NCBI GenBank assembly: GCA_965637545.1
Contig: OZ281501.1
Span: 2,356,001 to 2,420,000 of the forward strand
Length of the DNA stretch: 64,000 bases
Reading direction: 5' to 3'
DNA from: Phallusia mammillata
Lineage: Eukaryota
Position numbers and translations under genes: made by a program. Under the pieces are notes generated by a model, which worked only from the letters and a program-made list of their open reading frames with translations, had not been told where the DNA came from and made no database searches. Positions 37,781-51,673 of this stretch are shown here, one piece after another (the stretch's first letter is position 1; each line of letters begins with the position of its first letter).

Positions 37781-40700
37781 GGTTTATGAAACTCCCAGAT
37801 TTGCTATTTACCCAGGTACTCTCTCACATGCCTTTTTAATGTCGCTACCGAGTTAGAACAAATACCGCATATTGACTTAAATTTCAAGTGGCGTCGTTAC
37901 TAGACTACACAGGTCAACTTTGAACCCTGCCCGTGTTTAGTAGAAAGCGAACACATTTTGTTGTTGTGCTTAGTCGAAGTGTTTTTTTTTTTTGACAAAG
38001 TCTCATTTTTTTTGTCTTGTGTTGTTTGTACTTCAGTCGCCAAGAATTTTACCTCATACCGATTTATTGTAATCTTGTTGACACATATTTTTATTCATTC
38101 CATCGGAAACACTGGCTGTCCGCCCGGATTTCACTATGCTAGGCAATTCCCCTCAGTTATCTCGCTGAGGGGAAATACGAGGGGCTGAAGCGGGATTAGA
38201 ACACACAACCTTACGATAGCAACAGGGCCGCAAAAACCACTAAGTTCTAACAGGCATTTCGTTACGCGCGCTATGGACGTCTAAAACCCTTTTTTAACCA
38301 AATTTTATGGATTTCAAAGCAAAAAGCAACTTTTTAGGTGTAAACTACCACGAAAACGACTGCAGTTAACACATGAGGACTATGTAACTAAAGTTAATGA
38401 TTGTGGAATTCTGTATCATGGCGTCATGCACAGTACACAATGACTATTTGGATACAGCGCAAGCAAGCTTACGTTATACAGCAGTTGGTGGAGCCAGTTG
38501 CATTCAAACCAATGCAAAACGATTAGCATTTAAACCCGTGCCGTCGAGCGAGCGAAATTGCCTAAAATGGCAGAGAAAATAAACTGGGTATTCCCCTGGT
38601 AAGGTTTCTTCAGAACTTGTGGTGCAATGTCTAGTTTCGAAGCTGTTCGTGTTAGGCGCTGCAAAGTAAAACCTTACATGCTTTGCAGAGACACAATGAG
38701 GGTGTTGTTTTTGACAACACTGACGTCATTACGATTTTAGGACACGAACAAGATTTTTTAGGGGAATCACCGCAGAGTGATTTTGTGAAAGTTCTTCATG
38801 GCGCAATAAGATGATGAGGCTCGAGTTTCGCCTGAAGAATGCCTGAGTGCTTGGTTTCAATTTCCTGCAAACGTGGCTAATTACAAATGCAAATCTCTGA
38901 CTAGAGAATTTTCCGTGTGATTTTCCGTCGCTACGGATTAGTTTCAGGCTCTTGTGCAATTAGTGCAGTAATTTCCAGAAATATTGTAATTGAGTAGACT
39001 TAAAAGCTTAATATAAACTCCTTCCATCACACGTAAATTTATAAAAAGTCATTGCTCTTTTAGGTTTAAGCGATTCCAGCTTGGTGGTGACATAAGATGA
39101 GTTTACTTCGCTTGGTGAAAGAAAACATAGCGACACAATTGCACTAAAAACAATCACCAAGTCGGAAATAGCTGTGCAATGTTAAAACGTTATGCAGCGC
39201 AAAACAGTGGATGGCACAATGGGTGGACAATGGTGGACGCGTTGTAGCTACACCGTTTTAAATATGTTGACACAATGTGCTAGAATTTATTGCGTTTTCC
39301 TTTTTCTCGGTTGTTAAGTTGGTTAAAATCGTAAACATTTGCGACAGAGAGGCGACGAACCGTTACAGTCCATTGGAGCATTACGTTATAACGCCGAGCC
39401 CCTATTGGTCGTTTTTGGAAGGTGTGTCGCTGGCTGGTGGGTGTGTCAACACCGAAAGTACGGAAGTGTCGGTTTATTTTTCACTGACGTAATGGTTAGA
39501 GCGATATATTACTGCACGTTAAAGTTTAACTGATTGATTTGAAAACAACATATGTGCAAAGTAGTCGTTTTGTGGATTGAACGATATTGCGATTAGTAAA
39601 CAGTTTCGGTTACCCCAAAAACTAACAACTTTCCACTAGATATTGTTAAAACGTTATTAAAGATTTTAAGAAAAATAGTCAAATGAAACAAATTAAAAAA
39701 ATATCGACTAAGAAAGTAAATGAGGTATTCGACAAAGCTTAGAATCGCGCTTGAGTTTGTTATGATGGTGAAACATTGGTGTGTTATTGCCCTAAACAAG
39801 AGTCAATGATGTCATGGAGCTTTTGTGGGCGGGGGCATAGAAATTCTTGCCTCCTATTGTCCTTTTGTCCCGCCTGCGAAGCGCTGAACGAAACACAGCT
39901 GTGATTTTCTAAAAATTTTCCGACATACATCTTTACTCGACCGTCGTACGCGTGATCGGTCAACCGTGACATCCAGGGGGATTTTTGAAGTTGCGTTGTA
40001 ATGCTACATTTTGTTGCCTGCGGCAATTTGAAGTTTTGAAACGTTGTGTGTCATTAAAACGTAGCCATTAATAGGCGTTCGCTCGTAGCAGGTTTTATCA
40101 CATGATGAATGATCATAAAACTAGGGACAAAAACCGATTGTTTTCGAAAGTTGGAGTGTAACTTTTCATTGGCGCGTTTTTGGGGTTGTAAACTGACATT
40201 GTCAAATATTAACCCACAGTTTTTATGAACTTTAAGCTTTATATGCAATGTACCTGCCTACAGCGCCACTGTAAAAAGTCGAAATGGGCAAAAACTCGTA
40301 GTCTGCGCGATAGGCAATAGAATATATAGAAGTTCGTCACCAGTATTATTGCATTCATAATACGCCAAAAGTTGTCTTTTGCTGAAGATCGCTTGTAAAT
40401 AATTTATTAGTTTTGTACTTGTTGTCGCGAGTTCAAAATTTTTGACATTTGCAGTTTGAGCAGCAACACGCACGGCGCAACCCGACCGAAACCCGCCCAT
40501 ACAACGCCCCCGTACACACATGACCAAACAAAGGGAAATCCCCTTGGCGATCAGACCGAAGTTTTTGTGGAAATTTACCAGGTTTTCGCCGCTGGTTTGC
40601 CGCGGAACCTTGCAGCAACAGTTCTCCAGAAGTCAATTATTTTTGTGGCGATCTAATGGGCATGTCGAAACTTGTGGTTTTCGGCTAGTATAAACAACCA

Positions 40701-43700
40701 AAACCTTCATTGGAAACGAAACCACGCACAACTGGAACTACTTGAATCTTGTTTGACGGTTTAACGATACCACAATTGATTTGGTTGTTACTCCCAACAA
40801 ACTGGAGTGCCTTCATGTGGCCAGACTAGCTTGTACTCTTAATGTTTAGTTGTTGCAGTTTTACTGATTAAACTTTTTCAGTCGAAACAGGACGACTGTA
40901 GTAAAATTGACATGTTTGTGACACATAAAAAATACGAGAGTTAAACATCTATGCGAACTTCTCTCTAGAGTCTAGGCGTTATCTTTTTAAAGATCTCTAA
41001 AAAGTTGCCTCGCAGGTTCCTTAAAAACACAAAAAGCGTAATAGAAGACGACTGCGTCCCATTTAAAATCATGGTTGTGTTGATTCAACAAAACCAACTG
41101 TTTGTTTTGTCTATTTTGAAATATGTAACAAACAATTGAACCGTTTTAGTGAAGTTTAAACTCAGAAATGCACATTACATCTTGCGATGGACTAGCGAAA
41201 ATTCTTTATTTTTTCACAAAGTTTAAATCATGACCCTGCGGAGTATAGATCTAAAGTTTGTTTATTTGTTTATTATACAGTTAACTCGTACAGCACATCA
41301 AGAAAGTCCAAATATTGAAACTGTTGTTAAATTTTTACCCTGGTGGACCTGTACCTGTATACATACAGGCGTCGAAACATCGGTGCAAATACACAATTGC
41401 CAGAAGAGCTCTACAAAGTTGATATAATGCCTGTCAGGCACAGCTTAGTAGATATTCAAACTGCTTTGGTGAAATGTGCTTTGAACAGCCGCCAGCATTC
41501 TGGCAGCAACAAAACAAACTTAAAATCTAGGGTGTGCCAGTTTACATAATAGGGGAAGTTCTTTGTGATTTTCGTTTTGAAAGTTTCACATTGTGTTGAT
41601 TTAGGAAGAAACTTTTGAAAATTATTGTCTTCTATTTTGCAGCGATGGAAAGTTTCAAAAAGTTTTTCCCCTTTGCTTGAGTTGTGATTATGGCCAATTT
41701 AGAGATGTTTTATTAGGTAAGCGCCGTAGGTCTTGCAACCGCACTTAAAGGATCGTTTTCTTTTTTAGATCTACATACCAATTAAAAATAGATGAACAAA
41801 AAATTGCTCTATCACTCTGTTAACGTGAGTCAGTTTTGTGATAAACTTTTGTTGTGGTTGTAAACGGATTTAAAGTAAAAATCGTGAAACGACTGATGAT
41901 GTTTTCTTTATTGTATTGATAACGTTTATCAAACCAAGATATATAAAATAAATAAATACCACTGTGCCACACGTAGGGCCTCAAAACAAGGGAAAATTTA
42001 AAAGGCCTGTGGCCGACCGCTGGGAAGGCAACCCATAACTAATACCTTGCAGTGCTAGTTTTTTATCGTGTACGTTCGGTGAAAAAAGTCCTGTTCACTC
42101 GAAGACTGCCACAGAGCTCACTGCCTAACCAACTTTTATGACAAGAAACTGTATTTTTTTACGCAAACAAAACTTAAATGCCTAGGTGGGATTAGAACCA
42201 ACAGCCTTTGAAGTGCTTAAGGTCGCAAATCCAACTTGTCATTTAACGAAGACGGCTAAGAAACAAATTTAATCACAAATAGATTTCCTAGACCCAAGAA
42301 AACAAGATTCAAACCAAATATTTAGAGACACAATTTAATCACTTTTTTACAATCCGCAAATAGACCAACTCTATCGAATATTTGCAACCTTATCAACAAT
42401 AATTTAACCAAAAGTTTAGTACCGGGTAAATCAAACAGGAACATAGACCAAATGGCCACAAGCTTGGTACTGCGGTGCTTAGATGTATAAACTTTCCAGT
42501 TTCAAGGTTGTTACGTATATCGTTCATTCTATCACACAGATTTTTCTTGTCTTCTTTCACACGTTTCGATGATTTTTGACGGGGTTCGAACCCAGGACTT
42601 TCCCGGGTACACATCCCGATTTGATTGTTTGTATGTATGCATGTCATGTGGCAGCTGCTTTTGTTTGTCATGTGTCAGGTGCCTTTGATCTTTCGGCCAT
42701 GCGCATAACCTCAATTTTAGTTGTTTAATTGAAAATCAAAATACAGCAAAAGAGTTTGAAGTTGATTTTTAAAGGAGACCATTTTTAATCGTAAGCAAAT
42801 TGTGTGCGTGCCGTGGTTGCATAGAAGTAAGTATTAACACTTATTTTGGTATATCTGTAGTGTTGTGGTTACAATTGTTAGTTGTATTGAAAATTGATTT
42901 TTTTTTGCATTTTTCAAATGGTGGATCTTGGTCTTGAAGTTTATTTATTTGTAAAAGCAGTATCGTCTGTTGATAACTTGGTTTGAATCGATTTATTTCC
43001 GAACTAAACTTATCTGAAGGCATAAGTATGCGCCGCCATTTATCTGACAAAATATATTCTTGCTAGCGTACTCTTTGGTGTCGTCTAGAGGACAGACTGA
43101 ATTACGGATTCGCCTTGCGCTATGTCGGGTTTTTCGTGTTTTTTAGTAAACAGCGATAAAATTCAGTAGTGCTGGTTAATAAGCTTACTTACCGTGAGAC
43201 AACCGTTGCCTTGTTCGAGCTGTTGGCATTTGATGGAGTTTTTGTTGTAAGTTCTTCAGCTAAAAGTGATGAAGTGATCTTTGTTATTATTTTAATGTAT
43301 TTTTATTTGACAAACTTACATCGAGGGCCTGTTTTTGTCAAAAAAGAAGTGCCAGAGGAGCTTGGGGTCTGAAATTTAATATATATGGTATGTAAACTTA
43401 GTCACATAATACTTTTAAAAGTTAGCGTATAATTACCCTTTGCGATGTCGTTGAAAAACGTTGTAAACTACGAGAAGATTCTCTGCAAACAAAAAATAAA
43501 TTTGGCAACTGAAAGTCTGAAACTATTGACGTAATGCAAAAATCAAGACTAAAAATAAAATAAACTTTAAAACATTTATACTTGCTACTGTTGGTATTCT
43601 ATGTTTAGAAGTTGAATATTTGCAATATTTTATTTCTTAAATAAAACCTTGAATACGAAGTTTTGAAAATCAAGGTAAACCAGTTAAAGATTCTTGCAAC

Positions 43701-46700
43701 TATGTCATAAATGTTTATGCAGTGTATTAAGGGTTCCAAAAACAGAAACAGTTGCAAATCAGTCACCTTTTGGTCATTCGTGGCCCAGGCGTGTGTGTGT
43801 CGTCGGGCAGCGTCATCTTTTTTAGCTTCCTTTATCCAAGTAATATCATTTATATTACTAATCGTCTACGTCTACAGAACGAAAAATATAGATTGTTTAA
43901 TTTGGACAATAACTGTTTTGGTTTTTAAGTTTTATAAAATACAAAAGAAAAAACACATTTGCTTAGTAACCAAAACTTAGATACGCGTTCGTAACATTCT
44001 GCACTACACGCTATTAACGCACGAGAAATTCTATATACTGTCGATTAACTTGTGCATGGCCAAAGTGTGCGCAAGTAATGTTTAGCCAGCAGCGAAAGAA
44101 TGAAAAGGAACGCATAAATTGCCACAACTCTAATTTATACTGCTGTATACACAACATTTCGTTAATCGAACGATTACACAATTAACACCACAACAATGAT
44201 AAATAGCTCGGAAACCAAACAATAACAACTTGTCTTGACACATGTGTGCAAACTTAGCTCCCCTGCCGTGGACGTCCCACAGCTATATTGGCTACCTCTT
44301 CTCTGTAGTCTGAAAACCATCTCTCTTTGCAATATTCTATCCTTCTATACTCCCAATCTCAATCTATCGATCGAATTTTATAGCTCGTTAAACCGTCAAC
44401 AAAACCACGTAGGGCTGAGGACCCGTGCAATCCTCTTGACTTAGTCGCATGCTTGTGAACAAGCACTTGTCTTATACCGATGCTCTGATACTTCAAGGGC
44501 GCAAAGTTTGGTAACGGGTTGAAACGCACTTGAAGTATTTTACAACAGTGATCGGTTGGTACGATTGTTTAAGGCAGTGGTTCCCAACATTTTCAGACGA
44601 ATTCCACCCTTAACCATTAAAAAAAATTCATTCGTCACCAATAGTAGACGCTCAACCCCACAAAGATTTAAAATTGGGGCTTATATCAGAAAGAACTTGA
44701 GTGTCTATATACAAACCACATGTACAAATTAAAGTAAATGTTCTAATGCTAGTGTAAGCGAGTATAAGAACCATCTTCGCACAATTAACCCTATTGTTCT
44801 CGTGTATAGTAACACTTCAAATCCACACGTAACAAATAGCTTTCTTGTAAACTGGTGTGCATCGATTTTATAAGATTTTTCCCATTTTACTGCACATAAA
44901 TATTTCACAATTCATTCAAAAACCAGTATTTCGCCAAAAACATACCAACAAGGTTTTGTCAAGTATTTTTGGTTCCATGTTTTTAAGCAGAATAACCTCT
45001 TGACTTTTGTGCCCCGAAAACCCAACTCTTCATTGTCAAGTTCAATTGAGACTGATCAGCTGATCGCGCGTGTAATTTTACGAGATGTTGAAGAGCCCTT
45101 GACGAAAATCGCATCTTGTTTAGCACCTGATTCTCACGCTCAAATAAGCAATGAAGATTCGGTAACCCTTCGTGGTCTCATTGGCGGTTTCACTTGAAAT
45201 TCTACCAACTTGAACGATTTGCGTAATGCCCTCATAATAACCCTGAGCGTCCACCAATACCACTTATTGAAAACAAATTTTGACCCACGAAGGGCTTTGT
45301 AATATTTATGCAAGAATAACAAAAGTTGTTTGAAATTATTCAAACACTTTCACTAATACTAACAGGTTCGATTTCATCTTTTGTATATTTTTTTAAACAA
45401 ATATATATGACACAAAGTACGTCGGACTTTAATTAAACTAACCAATCTAAATGTTGACCAAAATCACGTCACAACGTCCTCATAAAAATAACTGCGTTAA
45501 TTTATACTTGGTTCTTGGCTTTACTGTTCAAAACTTTAATGTTACACCCATCTGCACGAAGCGATAGCAATGAATATAATTGAAACAAAAAACAGAAAGC
45601 AGAACAACATCACGTGCGCTTTATACCGCGTTACATGGCTGTTTTTTCTCTTTTCCTGCTGATTTAGCTTAACCCACGCTCCCACATCAAGTTTGTTTTG
45701 TAACTTGACCCAACGGGGACGAATTGTCGACGTATTGAATGACAAGCAAGGTCACCTTGAGGTTTGTAACGTCACGGGTAGGGGTACTTGGACTCCAAAT
45801 ATGTTGTCTCATCCTGTGGGGCAGTTTTTTTCCGGCAGGACCTAGTTTTTAACTTGTAACTTAACACTGACCAAAAGCATTGAGAAAATCATGTTAGGTT
45901 GGAAACGTTAGAATATCTCCGACTAGCGAGGTTGACCCTTGGCATCTAACACTGAGTGAGATGTGTTTCCTTAAAAGGTGATTGGCTGTCAGTGTTACAT
46001 ATTTTAGTCGACTTTTCATGAACTAACACCCGAAAAAAACTACATTTTAATAAACTGAGTGAAACAAAAAATGTTAATTGAAAAATTTTTGCTCTACTTT
46101 GCACACATAAATGTTTCTACAAACTCAAAAACGCCACAATCCTACCCTTGACAAAACTATGTTTATTAATCTAAATTCAACATGTGTCTCATAATACTTA
46201 TTTACGTATAACGCTTCCAAATGCAAGTAAAACCTCCATATATGTAGCATTACGTTGTAGCTTTTTTAAGAATACAAATAGTGGCGAACCATTGCAGCTT
46301 TATAAACCTGATGCTTACAAGCATTTTAACATGCTTGCTTGTGTTACAATGCATATCAACTGATGTTAAGTAACAACTATTATTTCATTTTAAACTTCGT
46401 CTTTGCATGCCATTGCACATTTTCGCTGTGGCTTGACTTACATACTATTTCACCTCGACATTTTTACGGCCGGTTTCGGTCCGAAACTTTGTCTACATTT
46501 GCCAAGAACAAAACCTGCTGACCTAAGCTGACTTGCAGTAAAAACAAAATTCGCGCAGAGTGATGTCACAGTTTTACGCTTCGTTGCTCACGCTAAACGA
46601 GGAGGAACGAACTGAGGATTAAGTGGACAGTGGTGAAAATTGTTTTGTCCGTTTATAACAGCGGTTCTAAACCTGTGGTACGCCTAAACTTTTGAGAAAA

Positions 46701-47940
46701 TACGCGAGAAGCTTTCTATTAAACTTAATTAAAGTCGAACGCGAAATTATAACTTAACTAACGCAACTAGTTAGTCCTGGTTTGTGACGAAACTTGTGTT
46801 TGGAGATTCTTTTGAAATTGCCAACTTTGCTGGTTTCAGAAATATATGCAAGCTTGGTTATGAAAAACAGGCCTACCTCTTGGTCTAATCATCCAAACAG
46901 TGTTTAGGGAAGATTGAAACCAACTGATTTATAGCAAGCCTCGGCAAACGATTGGATTCCGCATGTGATTTGTGTGATTTATGTGTGATTGCGACAAACA
47001 GGCATATACATTTCCTGTTAGCAATAAAGCACCCAAGAAAAATACCAAAACTATCCAAATGTCTCGGTTGCTTGCGTTTTCCTGAGCAATAAACTTGAGC
47101 GGCAAAGCTCCTACACAGTGGTTATCGATGGTTTGAACTAAATTGAAGCCATTTATTTTCCAAATCAAAAAAATCAAATAAAAAATGATTCAACGGACTT
47201 GCAAAAAACATACAGCTTGACGGCAGACCTATTGATGTGAGCATTTTTACAAGGCATTCAGGCGTTGCCCGCACATCTTAGAGAGAAAAAAACATGAAAC
47301 AAACGAACCTTAACATGCTTTATACAGAAACGGATGACAAGTTATTTGAGTCCTAAGTCATTTTAAAGTCACTTGGAAAAAAGCCAATCTCGGTCTGTTT
47401 ACATCGCGGGGCTCAACGATCAACGCACTTAATATTTTCAGCGTACTTACATGTTTGTAATTCCTATTTTTCATTGCGAAAACTTTCCAGGACACAAACA
47501 TGACAAAATTAGACACTTGGCTTGTAAAACACATCTTTACACAAATAAAAGTCTTACACATTAAAAACCAAAAGTTTTCGTTGAAACAATAGCAACAACA
47601 CAGAATGATACACACTGATAATTTTCAATCGTTTAAGATCGAAGGGGTTTGAAATTAGGTCACGGGTCGTCAAACACCGTTTTGTAACAAAATAATTATA
47701 GGAACGCGCAAACGCACAAACGCACAACACTCCTTAAGTTTAAACCTTGAGAAAAACTTCTTTGCTACGAACTAGTTTAAAACGAACATCACTTTGCTGA
47801 CAGGCTTCCGGTACAAACAAATTAACAGACTTTTACCATGACACAACATGACACAACATGACATGACATGGCTTTAATGGTGTGTTATAAATGTATCCAA
47901 CTTATACTGTGAAATATTGTTAATCGCAATAAGGGATTCT

Positions 47941-50592
47941 TTAATGTGTAATCTCATACGGGGAACTTTCTACAGTCATGTTAGGTTGAATATTCTCGTA
48001 TTGACTCTTATTGGTTGATCGGTTCCTTGCAAGATGTTGTTTATCTTGAAGTCTGAAAAAATCACAGATGAACTTTAATTTAGCTCGTTAGTTGTTTTGT
48101 TTACAATTATTTTTGGAAATACGTATTTAGGTTCACGCGGGGTTTTCTATGTTACTGTTTTCAAAGGATTATTTCAAACATTGGAATTTGAACTTGCAAA
48201 TACAGCACACTACATATCGCACTATATAAAATATATTTGTGGTAAACCTCGGGTAGCCTATTCCAGACCCATTTCGACCAAAACATTGGTCCGGATTAGC
48301 CATAAAGATCCGGATTAACCGATGTCGGTTAGTTCAAGCCTTACCACATTTCAAATCGTTTGTACCTCAAGTTTGTTTAAATTATACGAAAATTCGGATT
48401 AACTGAATCCAGTTTAACTGAGGTTTACTGCATTACAATACCCAATAATAGAAAGTAGGTGTTGTTAAGTCTGTAGATGATATTAATTACCTGTTTGTAG
48501 AAACTGTTTCCTCATTAGAATAAATGTGATTTGTGTTTTGATTTGTTGCTTTATCTGATAAAAAAAACACATACGTTTCTTATCAAATTAAATTTAAACT
48601 TCAAAACAAATCAAACCTTGACTTTTGTTTCCATGACAACGCTGCTTTGCCATTACAATTGCCAGAGTCATGGCAATAACGCTGACACAGCATAATAGCA
48701 CAGCAAGTGCGATGACCGATTGAGAATTGTTCTCAGATGTGTTAACTCCATCAATAATAATTGATTTGTTGCACTGATGATTGTTATTAGTATTATTAGA
48801 CAGTTCTCTGACACCAATAACCCACACATGCACTTTGAAAGTCTCGTTAAACGGTTTCGGTGATTTTATAACCACAGAATATTCGCCCAAGTGTGTCTTG
48901 GTGACCTGTTTTGAAACATAAAGCTGGTTATTGATGCTTTTTGTAAAAAGAAATCAATTTTTTGAAAAACTTACGTTTGTAAAATGCATTAAGACTTTGT
49001 TTTTAATTCCATCAGTCAGATAGTAAATGTTGTTAATTTGTTTACCTGGAAACATAGTAATTGTTAATATGTGTCCTACAAAAAACCATTAATAGCCCAC
49101 TTCTTGTCCCATTAGGTTATTTGTTCGGAGTAAATGCGAAGTTGTACCTTGTTTAAAACCGGTAATTGCATCTGACCCAGACAATGCGGGGTTTGACTGA
49201 AAAGTTATTTCAACAAAATTTTGCTGATACAAGGTCACGTTGTAATACATGAAGCTGTTGTTTCGAACTTGAGGTGGGACTGTGAGATAGAAATCAAAGA
49301 AACATATAATACGATGTTTATGTGAAAGTTTTCAAAACGGCCCACATACATTGGACGTTGAGTTTAATTGATTTTGTTTCCACCTGTTGTTTGTCACGTG
49401 ATGTTTGTTGACACGTCACGAGGCTATTGTGGTGTGATGACGTCACAGTGATATTTGCCCACGCAAACTAAACGCATCAAATGATTGTCACACCATAGTA
49501 CTTAGGTTTGTTTTCTAAGACAACTAGATACCTCGTCCCCAAAGTAAGTTATATTTTTGGATGTCATCAATACATTTGTCATATCGGAGTTAAAGAGATC
49601 ACAAAACAACAAAACGTTTGAGTATTGCCTGAATGTTTGATTGTAAGCAGGGTTGTTCAAATCCACAAAGTTGCCTAAAAAATAATTTAAGACATAAACA
49701 CAACCACAAACATTAGGTAACCTTGTTTTACCTTTATAACATTTTAAGTCGGGTTCGTTCCATTGTGCAAACCTGTTGCAAAATATTTTTTCTCTGCGTC
49801 GTTTTGCTGTGGAATTTTCCATAAATACCGAGTTGTTGCATTGCACAGTGGCTGTGCTGAGAAAACTTCGACCGTTTGATACATAATGCAAATTTGTCGA
49901 GTGTGGACAATCTGTGGACAAATGTTGCACAAATAGGATTAAATCATACTCATGTTTTTTAAATCATACTCATGTCATCAGAAAGTTTACTAACTTACAT
50001 TTAAACGAGAGTATAGGAGTTGGGTGAAATAACAACGACTCCCCAAAAATGTTTTTTACTGTGAAGTTGATAGCATATCCATCGTATGCTGATGCATTAG
50101 TCAATACAAATTTTGCAACAATAGAGTTTGATGATTGGATTGATTGAAAGACAAAAGGTGGGTTGTGATCAACCTTTGAAAGACTGTTTTCGAAAATGAC
50201 ATACCAAGTCACAAAGTTGGACTTGTTGTTATACATGTTTAAGGAAATGACCGAATAACTGCCTGGTTCGTAGTTTGTAAACGAAAGATTAAAACTAATA
50301 TTTGAGACACCAACTGCCCACTGGAAGGATGGATTGGCAAAATGCATTGAAACTTTGCGAGCGTCAGCCCCTAAAATAAAGTAGTCTCATGAAAGCATCA
50401 CACTTTTGTCACAAAACTTGTTTTGAAAACATTTTAGCCAATTTGTTTTGCCATTTGCCAGTTTTTTTAAAAAAACTTATTTACAATATAGTGCACACAA
50501 ACAAAATAAATGTGTCATTTCTTACCGCATATTTTGTAATTCTGCAAAACCAAAAATGCTACGATAACCAAAAGGCCTTGATAACGACCCAT
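47941..50592 (-). CDS. Ig/CCP type-I membrane receptor, copy 1 (apparently intact)
   Basis: Signal exon MGRYQGLLVIVAFLVLQNYKIC (ATG 50592); V-like exon 50370-49999; CCP exon (CPH...C...FC...WNEPDLKC); two exons for a Cys-containing Ig; three exons for an I-set-like domain (FQSNP...FTNVTKTHLGEYSV) with stalk and TM VIALAVLLCCVSVIAMTLAIVMA; tail exons with HIYSN and SQYENI...SPYEITH*. All junctions are in phase. Confidence 0.85.
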
Positions 50593-51673
50593 ATTGCAGA
50601 ATAGACTTCACCACACAACAATGCACAATTGATATGCTGTAAATATAATGAACTGCTTGTTTTGCATTGAACTGGAGGTGAACAAACCACCTCCACATAT
50701 TGCAGCTACACATATTATCGAAATAGAAAGATGCGTTAGTTTCTTATCGACATTGTAGTACGTCGTTACTATGTGTCTCTCGTGGCTGTTGGCTTGTTAT
50801 GTCGCTATTTTAAAACAAACAATTCGTCTTTGCTTACCTATTCAGATTGTATACTACGACTTACTTACAGCTTCTTGTTTTATAGTTTACATCTGTACAG
50901 TTCACCACTTCTTGACACCTGTGACAAGCCTCGCCAATCGATTGAATTATTCGTTTTTGATTTGGACCAAAAGGTGTGTACTTGTTTTTATTTGTGTTGG
51001 TTGGTACTAAACTTACGACATAGTTAGCAGTAAGGCACTAAAACATAAAATTACCAAAACCTCGTAGATCTCAAAGTGTCCCAAATGCCTTTATATGAGA
51101 ACGGTTGACAATTTACTTTGGTCCGAATTCACTTAAATTTCACTTTCTAAACTGCCAATCGGGCACTTATATTTAGCGGATGTGTTTGTAGGCTAAATGT
51201 TATTTTTATTTTAGAAAAAATGTTTGAACAAAAGCATGAGGAATCAACACCTGGCATATAAAAAAACACATTTCCATGAAAAAAGTCTCGCATATAGAAC
51301 ACAAAAGTTTTCGTTTAAACAATAGCAACAACATAGAATGATACACACTGACAACGTTCAATCGTTTAGGATCGTAGGGGTTTGAAATTAGGTCAAGGGT
51401 CGTTAAACAACGATTCGTAACAAACTAATTATCGGAACGCGCAAACGCACAACATAAAGCAGACTGAATACAACTACTATCACTCCTTAGAGAAACCAAT
51501 TGCGATTAAAAATGTTTCACAGTATAATTTGGCTACATTACTAATACACCATGTTATGTCATGTTGTGTCATGGTAAAAGTTTGATAGTTTGCTTGTACC
51601 TGAAACCTGTAAGCAAAGTGATGTTTGTCTTAAACTGGTTCGTAGAGCAAATAAGTTTCTCTCATGATTCGAA

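Noticed and set aside
49030-49075. Longer version of the seventh receptor exon (GHILTITMFP) suggested by the ORF track
   Set aside because: That upstream AG is lost in copies 3 and 4, whereas the downstream (C/T)AG|GT AAA acceptor is conserved in all copies and keeps frame.
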